DNA of 64,000 bases from IMG/VR virus record IMGVR_UViG_3300040801_000976, positions 1 to 64,000 of that record. The stretch is one strand, 5' to 3'. Positions 48,742-58,147 of the stretch are shown piece by piece; within the stretch, counting starts at the first letter, position 1, and every line of letters begins with the position of its first letter. The translations under genes and the position numbers were made by a program. The notes beneath the pieces were generated by a model that ran no database searches, was not told the origin of the DNA, and was given only the letters and a program-made list of their open reading frames with translations. The DNA comes from a virus.

Positions 48742-48754
48742 TTTACTATAATAC
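48742..48754 (+). promoter_or_regulatory. TTTACTATAATAC candidate late promoter for the capsid operon
   Basis: Exact motif copy upstream of 48798. Confidence 0.75.
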
Positions 48755-48797
48755 TGACGTAGAACATTTTTACAAATTTAATAAGTTTAATGGAAAA

Positions 48798-49958
48798 ATG
48801 GATATTGATGATATTTATGATGATCCTGTAGTAGAGGATCCAAAAAATGATACCACTGGGGATCCTAGTAAGGATACCGACGAAGATGGTGATCAAAAAC
48901 AAACCGATGGTAATTCCGTTACAGATAAAGATACATCTAATAGTAACGATGATGGTAAAGGAAGTACTGATAAAGTAGAATCAGACGCTGAGGATAAGGA
49001 CTCCGACAAACCAAAAGACGAGGAAGAGGAGGGTTCTGGTACTGAGGATTTATCGGGTACTGAACGTTACTTGTCGCGTTTTGGTATAGAAGCCGGTATG
49101 ATCGAGTTTGATAACGGTGAATCGAAACACTTTGACGAACTTGACGCAGAGAAACAAGAAGAGGTATTAGCTCAGTTACACTCCAGCAACGAAACTTCTA
49201 TAGAAGAGAAGTATGGTTTAGATGAGAAGGAGATAGGATTTATAAATTATTTAAGGGAGAATAAAACTTCTGTAGAAGAGTTTATACAAGATGCCGCTGC
49301 TCGTAGGGTACAGACAATACTTGCTCAACAACAAGTTGGTAACGAGGATTATGATAAGTTAGATGAAGATATGATCTTTACCGCTTTCTTAAAGAAAAAT
49401 AATCCTGAAGCAACTCCCGAAGAAATCGAGGAAGATCTTAAAAAAGCCAAAGAGTTAAAGGGTTATAAGACTACTGTAAACGGAATACGAGAACAATTTA
49501 AAAAAGATCAGAAAGCAGAAGTAGAGACTTTACGTACCAAAAGTTTACAAGATAGGCAAAAAGAACTTGAGGAAGAGAGAAAATTAGTTGTAAACAAAGT
49601 TTCCGAGCTAAACGATATAGACGGATTTCAGTTAGATGATAGTACTAAAAACTCGGTTCTTGACTTAATTCTGGAAGTAGACGAGGACGGAGACTCTAGA
49701 TTTCTTACAGAGGTTTTTAGTGACCCAGAAAAATTATTTCGTGCAGCATGGTGGTACCAGAATGGTTCCGACGTGATGAAGCAGCGAGAGGAATACTGGA
49801 AAAAAGAAAAGTCCGCCGCATATAAACGTGGGCAATCTACTAAAGAATCTAAGAAACAAAGTTTTAAGTCAAATGATTCTGATTTAAGCAATAAAGATAA
49901 AACCACACCGACACCAGGTAATTATGATAATACATATTCCCTGGATGATTTATATTAA
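48798..49958 (+). CDS. Putative capsid scaffolding protein
   Basis: Acidic disordered N-terminus, coiled coil, directly upstream of the MCP as in crAss-like phages. Confidence 0.75.
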   Translation: MDIDDIYDDPVVEDPKNDTTGDPSKDTDEDGDQKQTDGNSVTDKDTSNSNDDGKGSTDKVESDAEDKDSDKPKDEEEEGSGTEDLSGTERYLSRFGIEAGMIEFDNGESKHFDELDAEKQEEVLAQLHSSNETSIEEKYGLDEKEIGFINYLRENKTSVEEFIQDAAARRVQTILAQQQVGNEDYDKLDEDMIFTAFLKKNNPEATPEEIEEDLKKAKELKGYKTTVNGIREQFKKDQKAEVETLRTKSLQDRQKELEEERKLVVNKVSELNDIDGFQLDDSTKNSVLDLILEVDEDGDSRFLTEVFSDPEKLFRAAWWYQNGSDVMKQREEYWKKEKSAAYKRGQSTKESKKQSFKSNDSDLSNKDKTTPTPGNYDNTYSLDDLY

Positions 49959-49988
49959 TATTAATATTTTAAATTTTATTTTTGAAAA

Positions 49989-52562
49989 ATGAAGATTGTT
50001 GATAAGAAAACGGTTCTCCACAATATGGGAGAAACAAGAACCGTTCAGAATTTCAATCAGGTATTTGGAACAAAACCGCATCGTATGGGTTTAGTAGCCT
50101 CACTCTATCCAGATTTGGCTATCACTATACTTACCGATGCACTAAAAAACATTTTCTATAATAAATCTAAGGGAGCTGATAGTTTCCAACCAATTAACTC
50201 AATGGCTGTTGAATGGACTGTTGACGTTAACTACATTAAAAAAGTAGAGATTGCGGAAGATGTTACAACTGCTACACCGGGTATGAATAAAGTGCCTGTT
50301 ACCATGATTTTGAAAGAAAAGTATTACGATAAAAATGATACTTTTTCATTAGAAAACCACCAACAAGCGTTGGTTATTGCTCCTCCTAGACAATTAGGAC
50401 CAGCAAGATGGGAACATGTCGTAGTTTTAGTAGGTAATGATTATTCCAAATCGTTTGACCCACGGTTCTTAAAAAGAGGTAAATTTACTAGATACCGTAG
50501 TAATTACCATCCTGAGTTGTCAGAGAGAGGATATACCAAGTATACGGATAACACCGAAACACACAGAAACTGGATGTCTAGGCACAGAGCTTCTGATACT
50601 GTATCGGCTGATTATAAAATGCAAGAGTCCGTATATTTAGAGATTGCTAAGAAAGATAAAAAAGAGTATTACAAGATGCATCAACATGAGGTAGACGTGA
50701 TGAATACGTTTATGTTGGCTAAAAATAACTCTTGTATCTTTTCTCAAACCAACTATGATGTAAATGGTAAATGCCTTGACCAGGATGAGAGAGGTCGTGA
50801 TGTACCAATGTCAGATGGTGTATTACCGCAAATAGAACGTTAAACTTCGCAATGGCGTTCCAAAACTTGTTTAACTGCTGGAAACTTCGTTAATTAATAT
50901 ACACTACAACATAACTCGAAAGGAGTAAGTGTGAATGTTAAAAAGTATATTAATCGAACAATCAGCAGCCAGGTGCCTAAGTTTTTATATGGTACAAGGT
51001 TCAGAGACTATCGAAAGCCTATACGTAGAGTGAGTAGAGTAATAACAATGAAACAACAAGATGAAGTATATAGTTTATATTACAACAAACACAATTAATA
51101 CCAAGATATACGTAGGAGTGCATAAAGTAGAAGATCCAAACGTATTTGACGGGTATATAGGTTGTGGAATAAAATCCGACAAACAGAAGTTAAATGATAA
51201 TTTATTTCATAAAGCTGTTAAAAAGCACGGATACCACAACTTCACAAGACACACATTAGCTGTATTTAATACAGCGGAAGAGGCTTATCATTTAGAAAGA
51301 CAGATTGTTACACAAGCTTTTGTACAATCAAGATTCACTTACAACTGCATAAAAGGCGGTATTTGTAATGCTGGTACTAAGAATAAGTGCAGTATAATAC
51401 AATATACAATGAGCGGTAAATTTGTAAGAGAATGGTCTTCAATAACAGAAGCTTCAGAGTCAGTTAATTGTTCTCCAGGAACTTTAAGACAGGCATTATC
51501 ACCTCCTTATAAATCCAGAGCCGGTTACCAGTGGAGGTATAAAACAGAAGACTATCCATTATATATAGGTTACTATAACTCTAAACTTAGAGTTGCACAA
51601 TATGATAAGGATGGTAATTTTATTAAGTTATGGTCTTCCTGTAAAGCCGCAGCCGCGAATTTTGGTAAAAAAAGTGATTCCGCGTTACTTTCGTATGCAA
51701 AGAGTCATAAATTGTACGAGGATTACCAGTGGAGGATTATTAGAAACCATGAAGAGGTTCCTGATTTTATTGAGGAATATAAGGATAAAAATATTATTCT
51801 ACAAATGACTTTGGATAACCAAGTTGTGAGAGAGTGGGATAAAAGAATTCTTTATAAAGATAGTGTGTTTAAAAACGTTAAGGATTGTGTTAATGGTCGT
51901 TGTAAAACTTACAAAGGCTTTAAGTGGAAATATAAATATAAACTATAATATTCATAAGATATAGTCCACACAACAAAGGGGTTTAGTTAGCCCGAGATTG
52001 CGATAAATTTAACTATAGTATGCTTTCTTCTGAGGTACTGGATGATGTTATTGGTGCTATGGTTGAAAAATCAGCCAAGCCTACGGGTAATATCTACACA
52101 GCTATCGTGAATGAAAGATTTTACACCCAGTTTGGTCGCGTTGGCCAATCTGACTACAGGTTCAATGCTCCTAACGATGCTTCTTACCTGTACTCGAAAG
52201 AGAGCGGTAAAGTAAGGATGGGTGCTGAATTTGATGGTTATAGAATACAAGGAAACGAAATTATATTTATTCCGGATAGGGCTCTTTCTCAAGAGTTTGC
52301 GGAGTATGGTTATGCTGTTTTCTTAGATACTACCGCTGATATAAAATCTGGAAAACCAGGTATTGCTTCATTTACCTTAGAAGGTAGTGAGATGGTTGAT
52401 GGTTTTGTAGAAGGTCTTGGCGGACGTTCAGGTAACGATAGTGGTGGAAGTATCTCCACGGGAGTACATGGTTCAGAATATCACGTTCTTGGTTATAGTT
52501 GTTCTGTGGTATTTAATCCATACAAATCGTTTATTTTAAAAGAAAATGTGTACATCGACTAG
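49989..52562 (+). CDS. Major capsid protein, two exons 49989-50841 and 51997-52562 (472 aa spliced)
   Basis: RYRSNYHPELSERGY motif; splice CGT T|AT TGC restores IERYCDKFNYS in frame. Confidence 0.92.
50842..51996 (+). mobile_element. Group I intron in the MCP gene (1155 nt)
   Basis: P1 GAACGUU/GGCGUUC; P10 UCGCAAU/AUUGCGA; P AACUGCUGGAA, Q AAUCAGCAGC, R GUUCAGAGACUA, S AAGAUAUAGUCC; omega-G at 51996. Confidence 0.93.
51061..51948 (+). CDS. GIY-YIG homing endonuclease with three NUMOD1-like repeats
   Basis: YIVY...KIYVGVH...YIGCG; repeats IIQY..SGKFVREWSSI.EA...GYQWRY. Confidence 0.9.
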   Translation: MKYIVYITTNTINTKIYVGVHKVEDPNVFDGYIGCGIKSDKQKLNDNLFHKAVKKHGYHNFTRHTLAVFNTAEEAYHLERQIVTQAFVQSRFTYNCIKGGICNAGTKNKCSIIQYTMSGKFVREWSSITEASESVNCSPGTLRQALSPPYKSRAGYQWRYKTEDYPLYIGYYNSKLRVAQYDKDGNFIKLWSSCKAAAANFGKKSDSALLSYAKSHKLYEDYQWRIIRNHEEVPDFIEEYKDKNIILQMTLDNQVVREWDKRILYKDSVFKNVKDCVNGRCKTYKGFKWKYKYKL

Positions 52563-52589
52563 TTCGATTGTACTAAATAATATAATGAT

Positions 52590-52628
52590 TAGTAACGGGT
52601 AGTTAATACTCGTTACTATTTAATTTTA
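52590..52628 (+). terminator. Putative intrinsic terminator after the MCP gene
   Basis: TAGTAACGGGTA/TACTCGTTACTA hairpin plus T-rich tail. Confidence 0.65.
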
Positions 52629-52651
52629 ATGTAAATAGGTAAGAAAGAAAG

Positions 52652-53458
52652 ATGAATAAAACGATACTTACGGAGGAGCAACTACAAAGAGGTACTCCCC
52701 AAGATAAAATTATAGAAATTAAATCTGTATACAAAAATGGTAAGACCACTGTTCAACCTGTTAGAGACCCGTTAACCGGATGGTTTAAAGGTATTGAAAG
52801 ATTGTCTGAGGACGATAAGAAGAAGAAGAAATTCTGGGCAGAGGCACACCATAAATTTGTTTTAAAAGAAGGTGTTACTTTTGATTTAAATAATGAAGAA
52901 CAAGTAGTTATATGGGAATGGGTTAAACATCAACCCTGTCTAGCATCCAGCTACGAAGAAGCACAGGTGAAATCCGGTGCTGAATTTTATATCCATAGAA
53001 GGCATAAAGAAGCAGTTAAAAGCGTTACGTCTAAACAGACGAAGTTGAAAGCTATGCGTCTTGTAGACGAAGATAAAGTAGAAAATTACTCACTTCGCGC
53101 TAAACTTTTGGGTATTCCAATGGATGGAGAGGATCCTTTAATCATCAAAAACTTTTTATTAGATCAAGCAGATAGTAATCCCGCGAGAGTATTAAAAATA
53201 TATGAAGATTCTCAGTTATCTCTGAGGCTTCTATTAATAAAAGCCCTTGAAAAAGGGAAAGTAACGATTGATCCTTCTGGAGCTTACCGTTACGGTCATG
53301 TCCTTATGGGTATGAGCGAAGATTCTGTGGTTTCATGGATGTCCAGCTCAGATAATAAGAACACCGTTAATTTACTAGAGCGGGAAGTTAATCCCGACTA
53401 TTTTGAGAAGGAGGGTAGTGCCAAGAAAGAGACACCACCTGCCTTAGAAAGAAATTAA
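52652..53458 (+). CDS. Conserved crAss-like protein downstream of the MCP
   Basis: Synteny; ORF track. Confidence 0.7.
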   Translation: MNKTILTEEQLQRGTPQDKIIEIKSVYKNGKTTVQPVRDPLTGWFKGIERLSEDDKKKKKFWAEAHHKFVLKEGVTFDLNNEEQVVIWEWVKHQPCLASSYEEAQVKSGAEFYIHRRHKEAVKSVTSKQTKLKAMRLVDEDKVENYSLRAKLLGIPMDGEDPLIIKNFLLDQADSNPARVLKIYEDSQLSLRLLLIKALEKGKVTIDPSGAYRYGHVLMGMSEDSVVSWMSSSDNKNTVNLLEREVNPDYFEKEGSAKKETPPALERN

Positions 53459-53476
53459 TAAAAATACTTTTAGTCA

Positions 53477-54589
53477 ATGACTGCAAGAGAAGTTTACGAG
53501 GCTGTGCTGGTCGAAGTAAACAAGGAGAATTCCGCAACATTTACGATTGAAGAATTTAATTATGTGTTAAACAAATCTATTCTAGCTTTCGTAAACGAAA
53601 AATATAATTTCTTTGCTTCAAATCAACAACTTTCTGATGATCTGCGTGTACTATTAAAACCCGCTAAGTTTAATTTAGAGAACGAGGGTGATAGTGGTAT
53701 AGAGGAAACTTTTAATCCGGTACGAAGTTACGTGTTGGAGGATTATGATTTTGGTGATGAGGTGATTGGTGTGTCTTTACTAACTGATTTAGAGGTAAAT
53801 TCACGTATAAAGTTTGGTAACCATACCCAAGAATATCGGATCACGGCTGTGAATGATAGTTCGTACCCGTACACAATATCAGTATCGCCTACAAGCGGTG
53901 GAACAGGTTTACTCACAGCCGTACCACGTCATACTTCTATATTGGTTAGAACGGCTGTTGTAGACTATACCCAGTGGGAAACAAGTCCAACAACAGATAG
54001 AGTAATACCAGTAACTTTTCCTTCTTCAGATTACCTACACATGTTATCGTGTCGTGTGTTCTGGAGTGGTAGGAAAGCTGGAGACGATCAGGACGCTTAC
54101 CTAGCATTTCCCGCTAAGAGGCTTACATATGATATGTTAAATGCTATTGAGAATAATGTATACATGAGACCGGCTCCTAACAGACCGTATTATCAGGTAC
54201 ACGATAGTCAATTTAACAGTGGTGTGGTTAAACAACTAGCCGGTGATTTGAGTGCTTATAGAGCATATCAGAACCGACCAAAGATTGAAGTACACATAGG
54301 TAGACCTAGTACTTACATGAAGCCAACGCAGATAGTGATAAATTATCTTAAACTTCCAGAATTAGTGATTTTGGATGATATTGATATTTTCACAGCCGGA
54401 GCCGATTCATCACAATCATTAGAATTACCTGATTATTTGAAGAATGAAATTGTACGCAGAGCAGCGGACTATTTATTAGAAAAGAATAGAGATCCTAGGA
54501 TTTCTACTCACCCACAGCTTAATCAAGAAATACCTACTGTTCCTATTAATATCCAGCAACAAGCTGCAAATGATAGGGCAAAACAGTAA
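53477..54589 (+). CDS. Tail ring/tubular-type protein
   Basis: MTAREVYEAVLVEVNK...EEFNY..NK..QQLSDDLRVL; ELPDYLKNEIV. Confidence 0.7.
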   Translation: MTAREVYEAVLVEVNKENSATFTIEEFNYVLNKSILAFVNEKYNFFASNQQLSDDLRVLLKPAKFNLENEGDSGIEETFNPVRSYVLEDYDFGDEVIGVSLLTDLEVNSRIKFGNHTQEYRITAVNDSSYPYTISVSPTSGGTGLLTAVPRHTSILVRTAVVDYTQWETSPTTDRVIPVTFPSSDYLHMLSCRVFWSGRKAGDDQDAYLAFPAKRLTYDMLNAIENNVYMRPAPNRPYYQVHDSQFNSGVVKQLAGDLSAYRAYQNRPKIEVHIGRPSTYMKPTQIVINYLKLPELVILDDIDIFTAGADSSQSLELPDYLKNEIVRRAADYLLEKNRDPRISTHPQLNQEIPTVPINIQQQAANDRAKQ

Positions 54590-54630
54590 AATCTATACAA
54601 TTATTTTTAATTATTTAATACTTTATTTTT

Positions 54631-55827
54631 ATGTCATTTAGTTTAGGGTATAAAGAGGCTATACTAAACAACGCTTCAATCTATCCCATTACAACCAGTG
54701 ATGGAGGTGCCAAGTTACATATCAGAGGATATGGTAATTTTGACCAATCTAAAATTCAATCAGCCTTCGGGCAAAGGTACGTTGCTCCTAGAACAGGAGG
54801 TTTGGTTATAACGGCTCCTACTACCACCGCTTTAGGAATTGAAGACGCTGATGTTAATGTGCCAGTTATAGTACATATCAGAGTTAATACTAGCAGACAC
54901 AGTTCTGAATGGGCTACTGATTTTATCAAGAGGGGGCGTCCTTTTGTATTTGAGTTAAAAGTGAATGGAGGCGAATCTTCTATAGCTATCGCTACCAAAC
55001 TTTACGAAGCTTTAGTTGATTATGAATCAAAGTTCAATTTCTCAAGTGGATTACCTTTTACCTATTCAGACGATGAGGCTGGTAATGTAACCCTGATTTT
55101 AAAGGCCGATCATCTATCGTTTCAGAATTATGTGGATTTCCTACCAAAAGGATTAACTTATGGAGTACAGGCTACCACAAGTAATATACTTCCAATGTAC
55201 GATGCTGACGGTACAACTCAATCACTTGTAGATGGAGTAAATGCGGAGGATGCAACTACTCTTAGTGTGGTTGATAGTACCAATATGCGTGTCGGTGATG
55301 AGATATATATCGAAGATGATACTACTAAATATACCATTGAATCTATTACAAACGGCACAACAGTAGTACTTACTTCAGGATTAGTAGCTGCTACTACTGG
55401 TGATGAAAAAATCACGTATGTACGCAACGGGGAAGAAGCTAAATTATCTGGAAAATATCTAGAAGAAAACGTTCGTATGAGTACACCTTATACCTCGGAT
55501 TCTTACGGTATATCTCCAGATGAGAAACCATTTATTTCAGGTAAATATACCACCATTTCATTTAGAATGAAAGGTACGTATTCCGAAGGTATTGGCGGTG
55601 GTTATGTACCACATAGAAGTCTAGGAACAACTGCTGGTGAACAAGAGGGAGATTGCTTCTTCATGTTTACTTTGTATTTCTTAGAGGGATCAGATTTATT
55701 TGGCACAAGCAATGAACTAGATACAGTTGTTACTTGGTTAAACGGTAGTGCTAATGTAAATGTTACTACTGACTTCCTAAAAGCAAATAAAGATGTTTCT
55801 GCTAGTGTTGCAGATTTCATTGCATAG
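54631..55827 (+). CDS. Putative auxiliary capsid/structural protein
   Basis: Position, size, own terminator. Confidence 0.6.
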   Translation: MSFSLGYKEAILNNASIYPITTSDGGAKLHIRGYGNFDQSKIQSAFGQRYVAPRTGGLVITAPTTTALGIEDADVNVPVIVHIRVNTSRHSSEWATDFIKRGRPFVFELKVNGGESSIAIATKLYEALVDYESKFNFSSGLPFTYSDDEAGNVTLILKADHLSFQNYVDFLPKGLTYGVQATTSNILPMYDADGTTQSLVDGVNAEDATTLSVVDSTNMRVGDEIYIEDDTTKYTIESITNGTTVVLTSGLVAATTGDEKITYVRNGEEAKLSGKYLEENVRMSTPYTSDSYGISPDEKPFISGKYTTISFRMKGTYSEGIGGGYVPHRSLGTTAGEQEGDCFFMFTLYFLEGSDLFGTSNELDTVVTWLNGSANVNVTTDFLKANKDVSASVADFIA

Positions 55828-55867
55828 AATTAGTTATCAGTAAAGAAAGATAAATAAATCATAACTT

Positions 55868-55904
55868 AAGGGTGATTGGCCGTATATGCCGGTCACCCTT
55901 TTTT
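55868..55904 (+). terminator. Intrinsic terminator
   Basis: AAGGGTGATTGGC/GCCGGTCACCCTT plus T run. Confidence 0.8.
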
Positions 55905-55947
55905 ATTTATTATAGTTGTATTTATTATTAACTTAATACAAGAATAA

Positions 55948-56628
55948 ATGACATTAGAAGAAATGGCTAGTACCATACGTAATGATGTAGGTTCTGGTCT
56001 AAAAGAAGTGGCTAACTTTAATTATTCATTAGACCAGATCAAAGATGAAATAAGTAATGTTAGAAGCTCAATAATTCTGGAAACTTCCAAAGCCGGCACA
56101 TTAAATCATTCCTACTTTTCCCAAAGAAGAGATAATGTAAAACTGTCTTCTGATGTTTTTCCAGAAAATGGTTATAGAGAAAGTAACCAATTTGTTTTGA
56201 AAGCATTTATACCGAAGTTAGCGATGACTAAAGATAACTCGTCGGTATTATATATAGGACCAGCGGACATGTCTCTAAATTTAAAATTATACTATGATTA
56301 TACGGATGTTAAGAATCACAAACACTCCCGTGTTATAAAGAATAGACCGTTTGCGTTTATTGACCTGGCTCAGGATGGTAATGGAAACCTTCCAGTATAT
56401 GTATTTAATACAGGGCCTGCTTCATTCAAATTAATGTCTGTGAGAGCTATTTTTGATGACCCCGTTAGATTGTTACGAGAGGATGGTATATTTCCAGATG
56501 ATGAAGAATTCCCCGCTCCGCTAGCTGTACAAAAAATGATAATGGATAGGTTAACTATGAAGTACATTAAGTTCTACAAACAGTTAAGTGGTCCTAATGA
56601 ACCTAATGATCAAACAGATAAAACATAA
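55948..56628 (+). CDS. Tail ring-type protein
   Basis: MTLEEMASTIRNDV.SGL...SLDQIKDEI...VRAIFDDP...PNDQ pattern. Confidence 0.7.
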   Translation: MTLEEMASTIRNDVGSGLKEVANFNYSLDQIKDEISNVRSSIILETSKAGTLNHSYFSQRRDNVKLSSDVFPENGYRESNQFVLKAFIPKLAMTKDNSSVLYIGPADMSLNLKLYYDYTDVKNHKHSRVIKNRPFAFIDLAQDGNGNLPVYVFNTGPASFKLMSVRAIFDDPVRLLREDGIFPDDEEFPAPLAVQKMIMDRLTMKYIKFYKQLSGPNEPNDQTDKT

Positions 56629-57344
56629 TGGATAGAATAGCTAAAAAAAATAATTTAAACTTTCTAACGGCCTACCAGACTGCACGTAATCTGTACCACC
56701 TCGATATGACTGAGGATGACTTTATAGAGACAGCTTACCCCGTATGGAGATCTATAGGTAATATTGCTAAAACAATAAGAAGATATTCCTCAGAGATACC
56801 TAGTGATTTGGTACTAGAACTTCCACCGGACGCGGAGTTTGTAAAGACTGTTACAATAATTACAGGTAGGAAGCCTTCCGGTATGTATGATAGTGGAGGT
56901 TACAAAGATCGAAACTATCCCGCTAAACAAGAGGTTAGTATTGATCCATCGTTGGGGGATTCCGTATCAAGTGCTTATGGTATTTATGCCAACTACGAGG
57001 TTGGTGATGGTTATATTAAATTTACATCTAACGATGTCGCAGGTCAGCAAGCTTTGGTGATATATGAGGCTATTGATAAGGATGATATTGGATTACCTTT
57101 ACTCAACGACCTTGAGGTGGCAGCTATTGCGGCAGAGGTTACTAGAATAGATACAGTAAGACAATCTTTCCAAGGTGTGACTACAAAGCAACAAATGTTG
57201 GAGTATATTACTAATGAAGCTAGACGTTTAATGACGGCGGCTAAAATGGATGAGAATATGAGTGACGACGGTTTAAATAAGATATTAGATCAGAAAGTTT
57301 CTTGGGATAGAAAGGTCTACAATAGAAGAATGAATTTAACGTAA
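56628..57344 (+). CDS. Tail tubular/ring-type protein
   Basis: LELP.D, D..GLPLLND.E..AIA, SWDRK.YN motifs; synteny. Confidence 0.7.
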   Translation: MDRIAKKNNLNFLTAYQTARNLYHLDMTEDDFIETAYPVWRSIGNIAKTIRRYSSEIPSDLVLELPPDAEFVKTVTIITGRKPSGMYDSGGYKDRNYPAKQEVSIDPSLGDSVSSAYGIYANYEVGDGYIKFTSNDVAGQQALVIYEAIDKDDIGLPLLNDLEVAAIAAEVTRIDTVRQSFQGVTTKQQMLEYITNEARRLMTAAKMDENMSDDGLNKILDQKVSWDRKVYNRRMNLT

Positions 57345-57354
57345 GTATTGGTTT

Positions 57355-57885
57355 ATGGCTACATTTGCATACGATGATAATGGTAATAAGGTACAGTTTG
57401 CTAGGTATGATACATCCGGTGTATATAATACCAAGGATCTGTTCCCGGATAATGATGAGGTTAAGAAGTTATTAAAGAAAAAGACTAAAAATATTAATCT
57501 ACAAAAGATTTATGGTCATCACCATAGTCAAGAACTAGTTCGTCGAATTTTCCATATATTTATGTTAAAGGTATTAGAGCGTGTCGCGGAAGGGGATGTG
57601 TTTATTTTTCCAGGTAAAACTGGAGCTAATATTTCCCTTAAACCTTACGATGATGATTATGTAAAGGGAACGCGTCAGGCCGGAAAATTTAAAGAAATTG
57701 ATATAATAAAATCCAACTTCAAGATACCGTACTTTGCTTTTGATTTCGGACCTAAATATAACAGAAAAGAGAGGCGACTATACGTTCCTAAATACATTAC
57801 TACGAAAGCATTTAGAAACGCAGAGAATAGAAGTTTAAAATGGAGTTATGTACGAAAAACCCTTTCCCATGATAGTATCGTATAA
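57355..57885 (+). CDS. IHF/HU-like basic protein
   Basis: Basic; helix-then-strand pattern; synteny in the crAss-like tail block. Confidence 0.5.
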   Translation: MATFAYDDNGNKVQFARYDTSGVYNTKDLFPDNDEVKKLLKKKTKNINLQKIYGHHHSQELVRRIFHIFMLKVLERVAEGDVFIFPGKTGANISLKPYDDDYVKGTRQAGKFKEIDIIKSNFKIPYFAFDFGPKYNRKERRLYVPKYITTKAFRNAENRSLKWSYVRKTLSHDSIV

Positions 57886-58147
57886 GGATATACTTCCTGA
57901 TTTGGAAAAAGAGTTTCCTGACCTTACCACAAAGTCACTAGAGTCAATATGTAAGAGAGGTTTGCGTGGAATAAACAGGTTAATGCGCGAGGGTGAGGAG
58001 GTGGTACTAAGTAATACTCGGAAGCAACCTATTAAATTTTATATTCCTATGTCCCAGGAGAAGTACAATGCTACAGCTCTGAAGAGGAAACGTAAAAAGG
58101 ATTTAAAGGATAAAAAGAAATATGACAAAGAAAGCAGTAATAAATAG
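57869..58147 (+). CDS. Second IHF/HU-like small basic protein
   Basis: Probable ATG 57869; synteny. Confidence 0.45.
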   Translation: MIVSYKDILPDLEKEFPDLTTKSLESICKRGLRGINRLMREGEEVVLSNTRKQPIKFYIPMSQEKYNATALKRKRKKDLKDKKKYDKESSNK

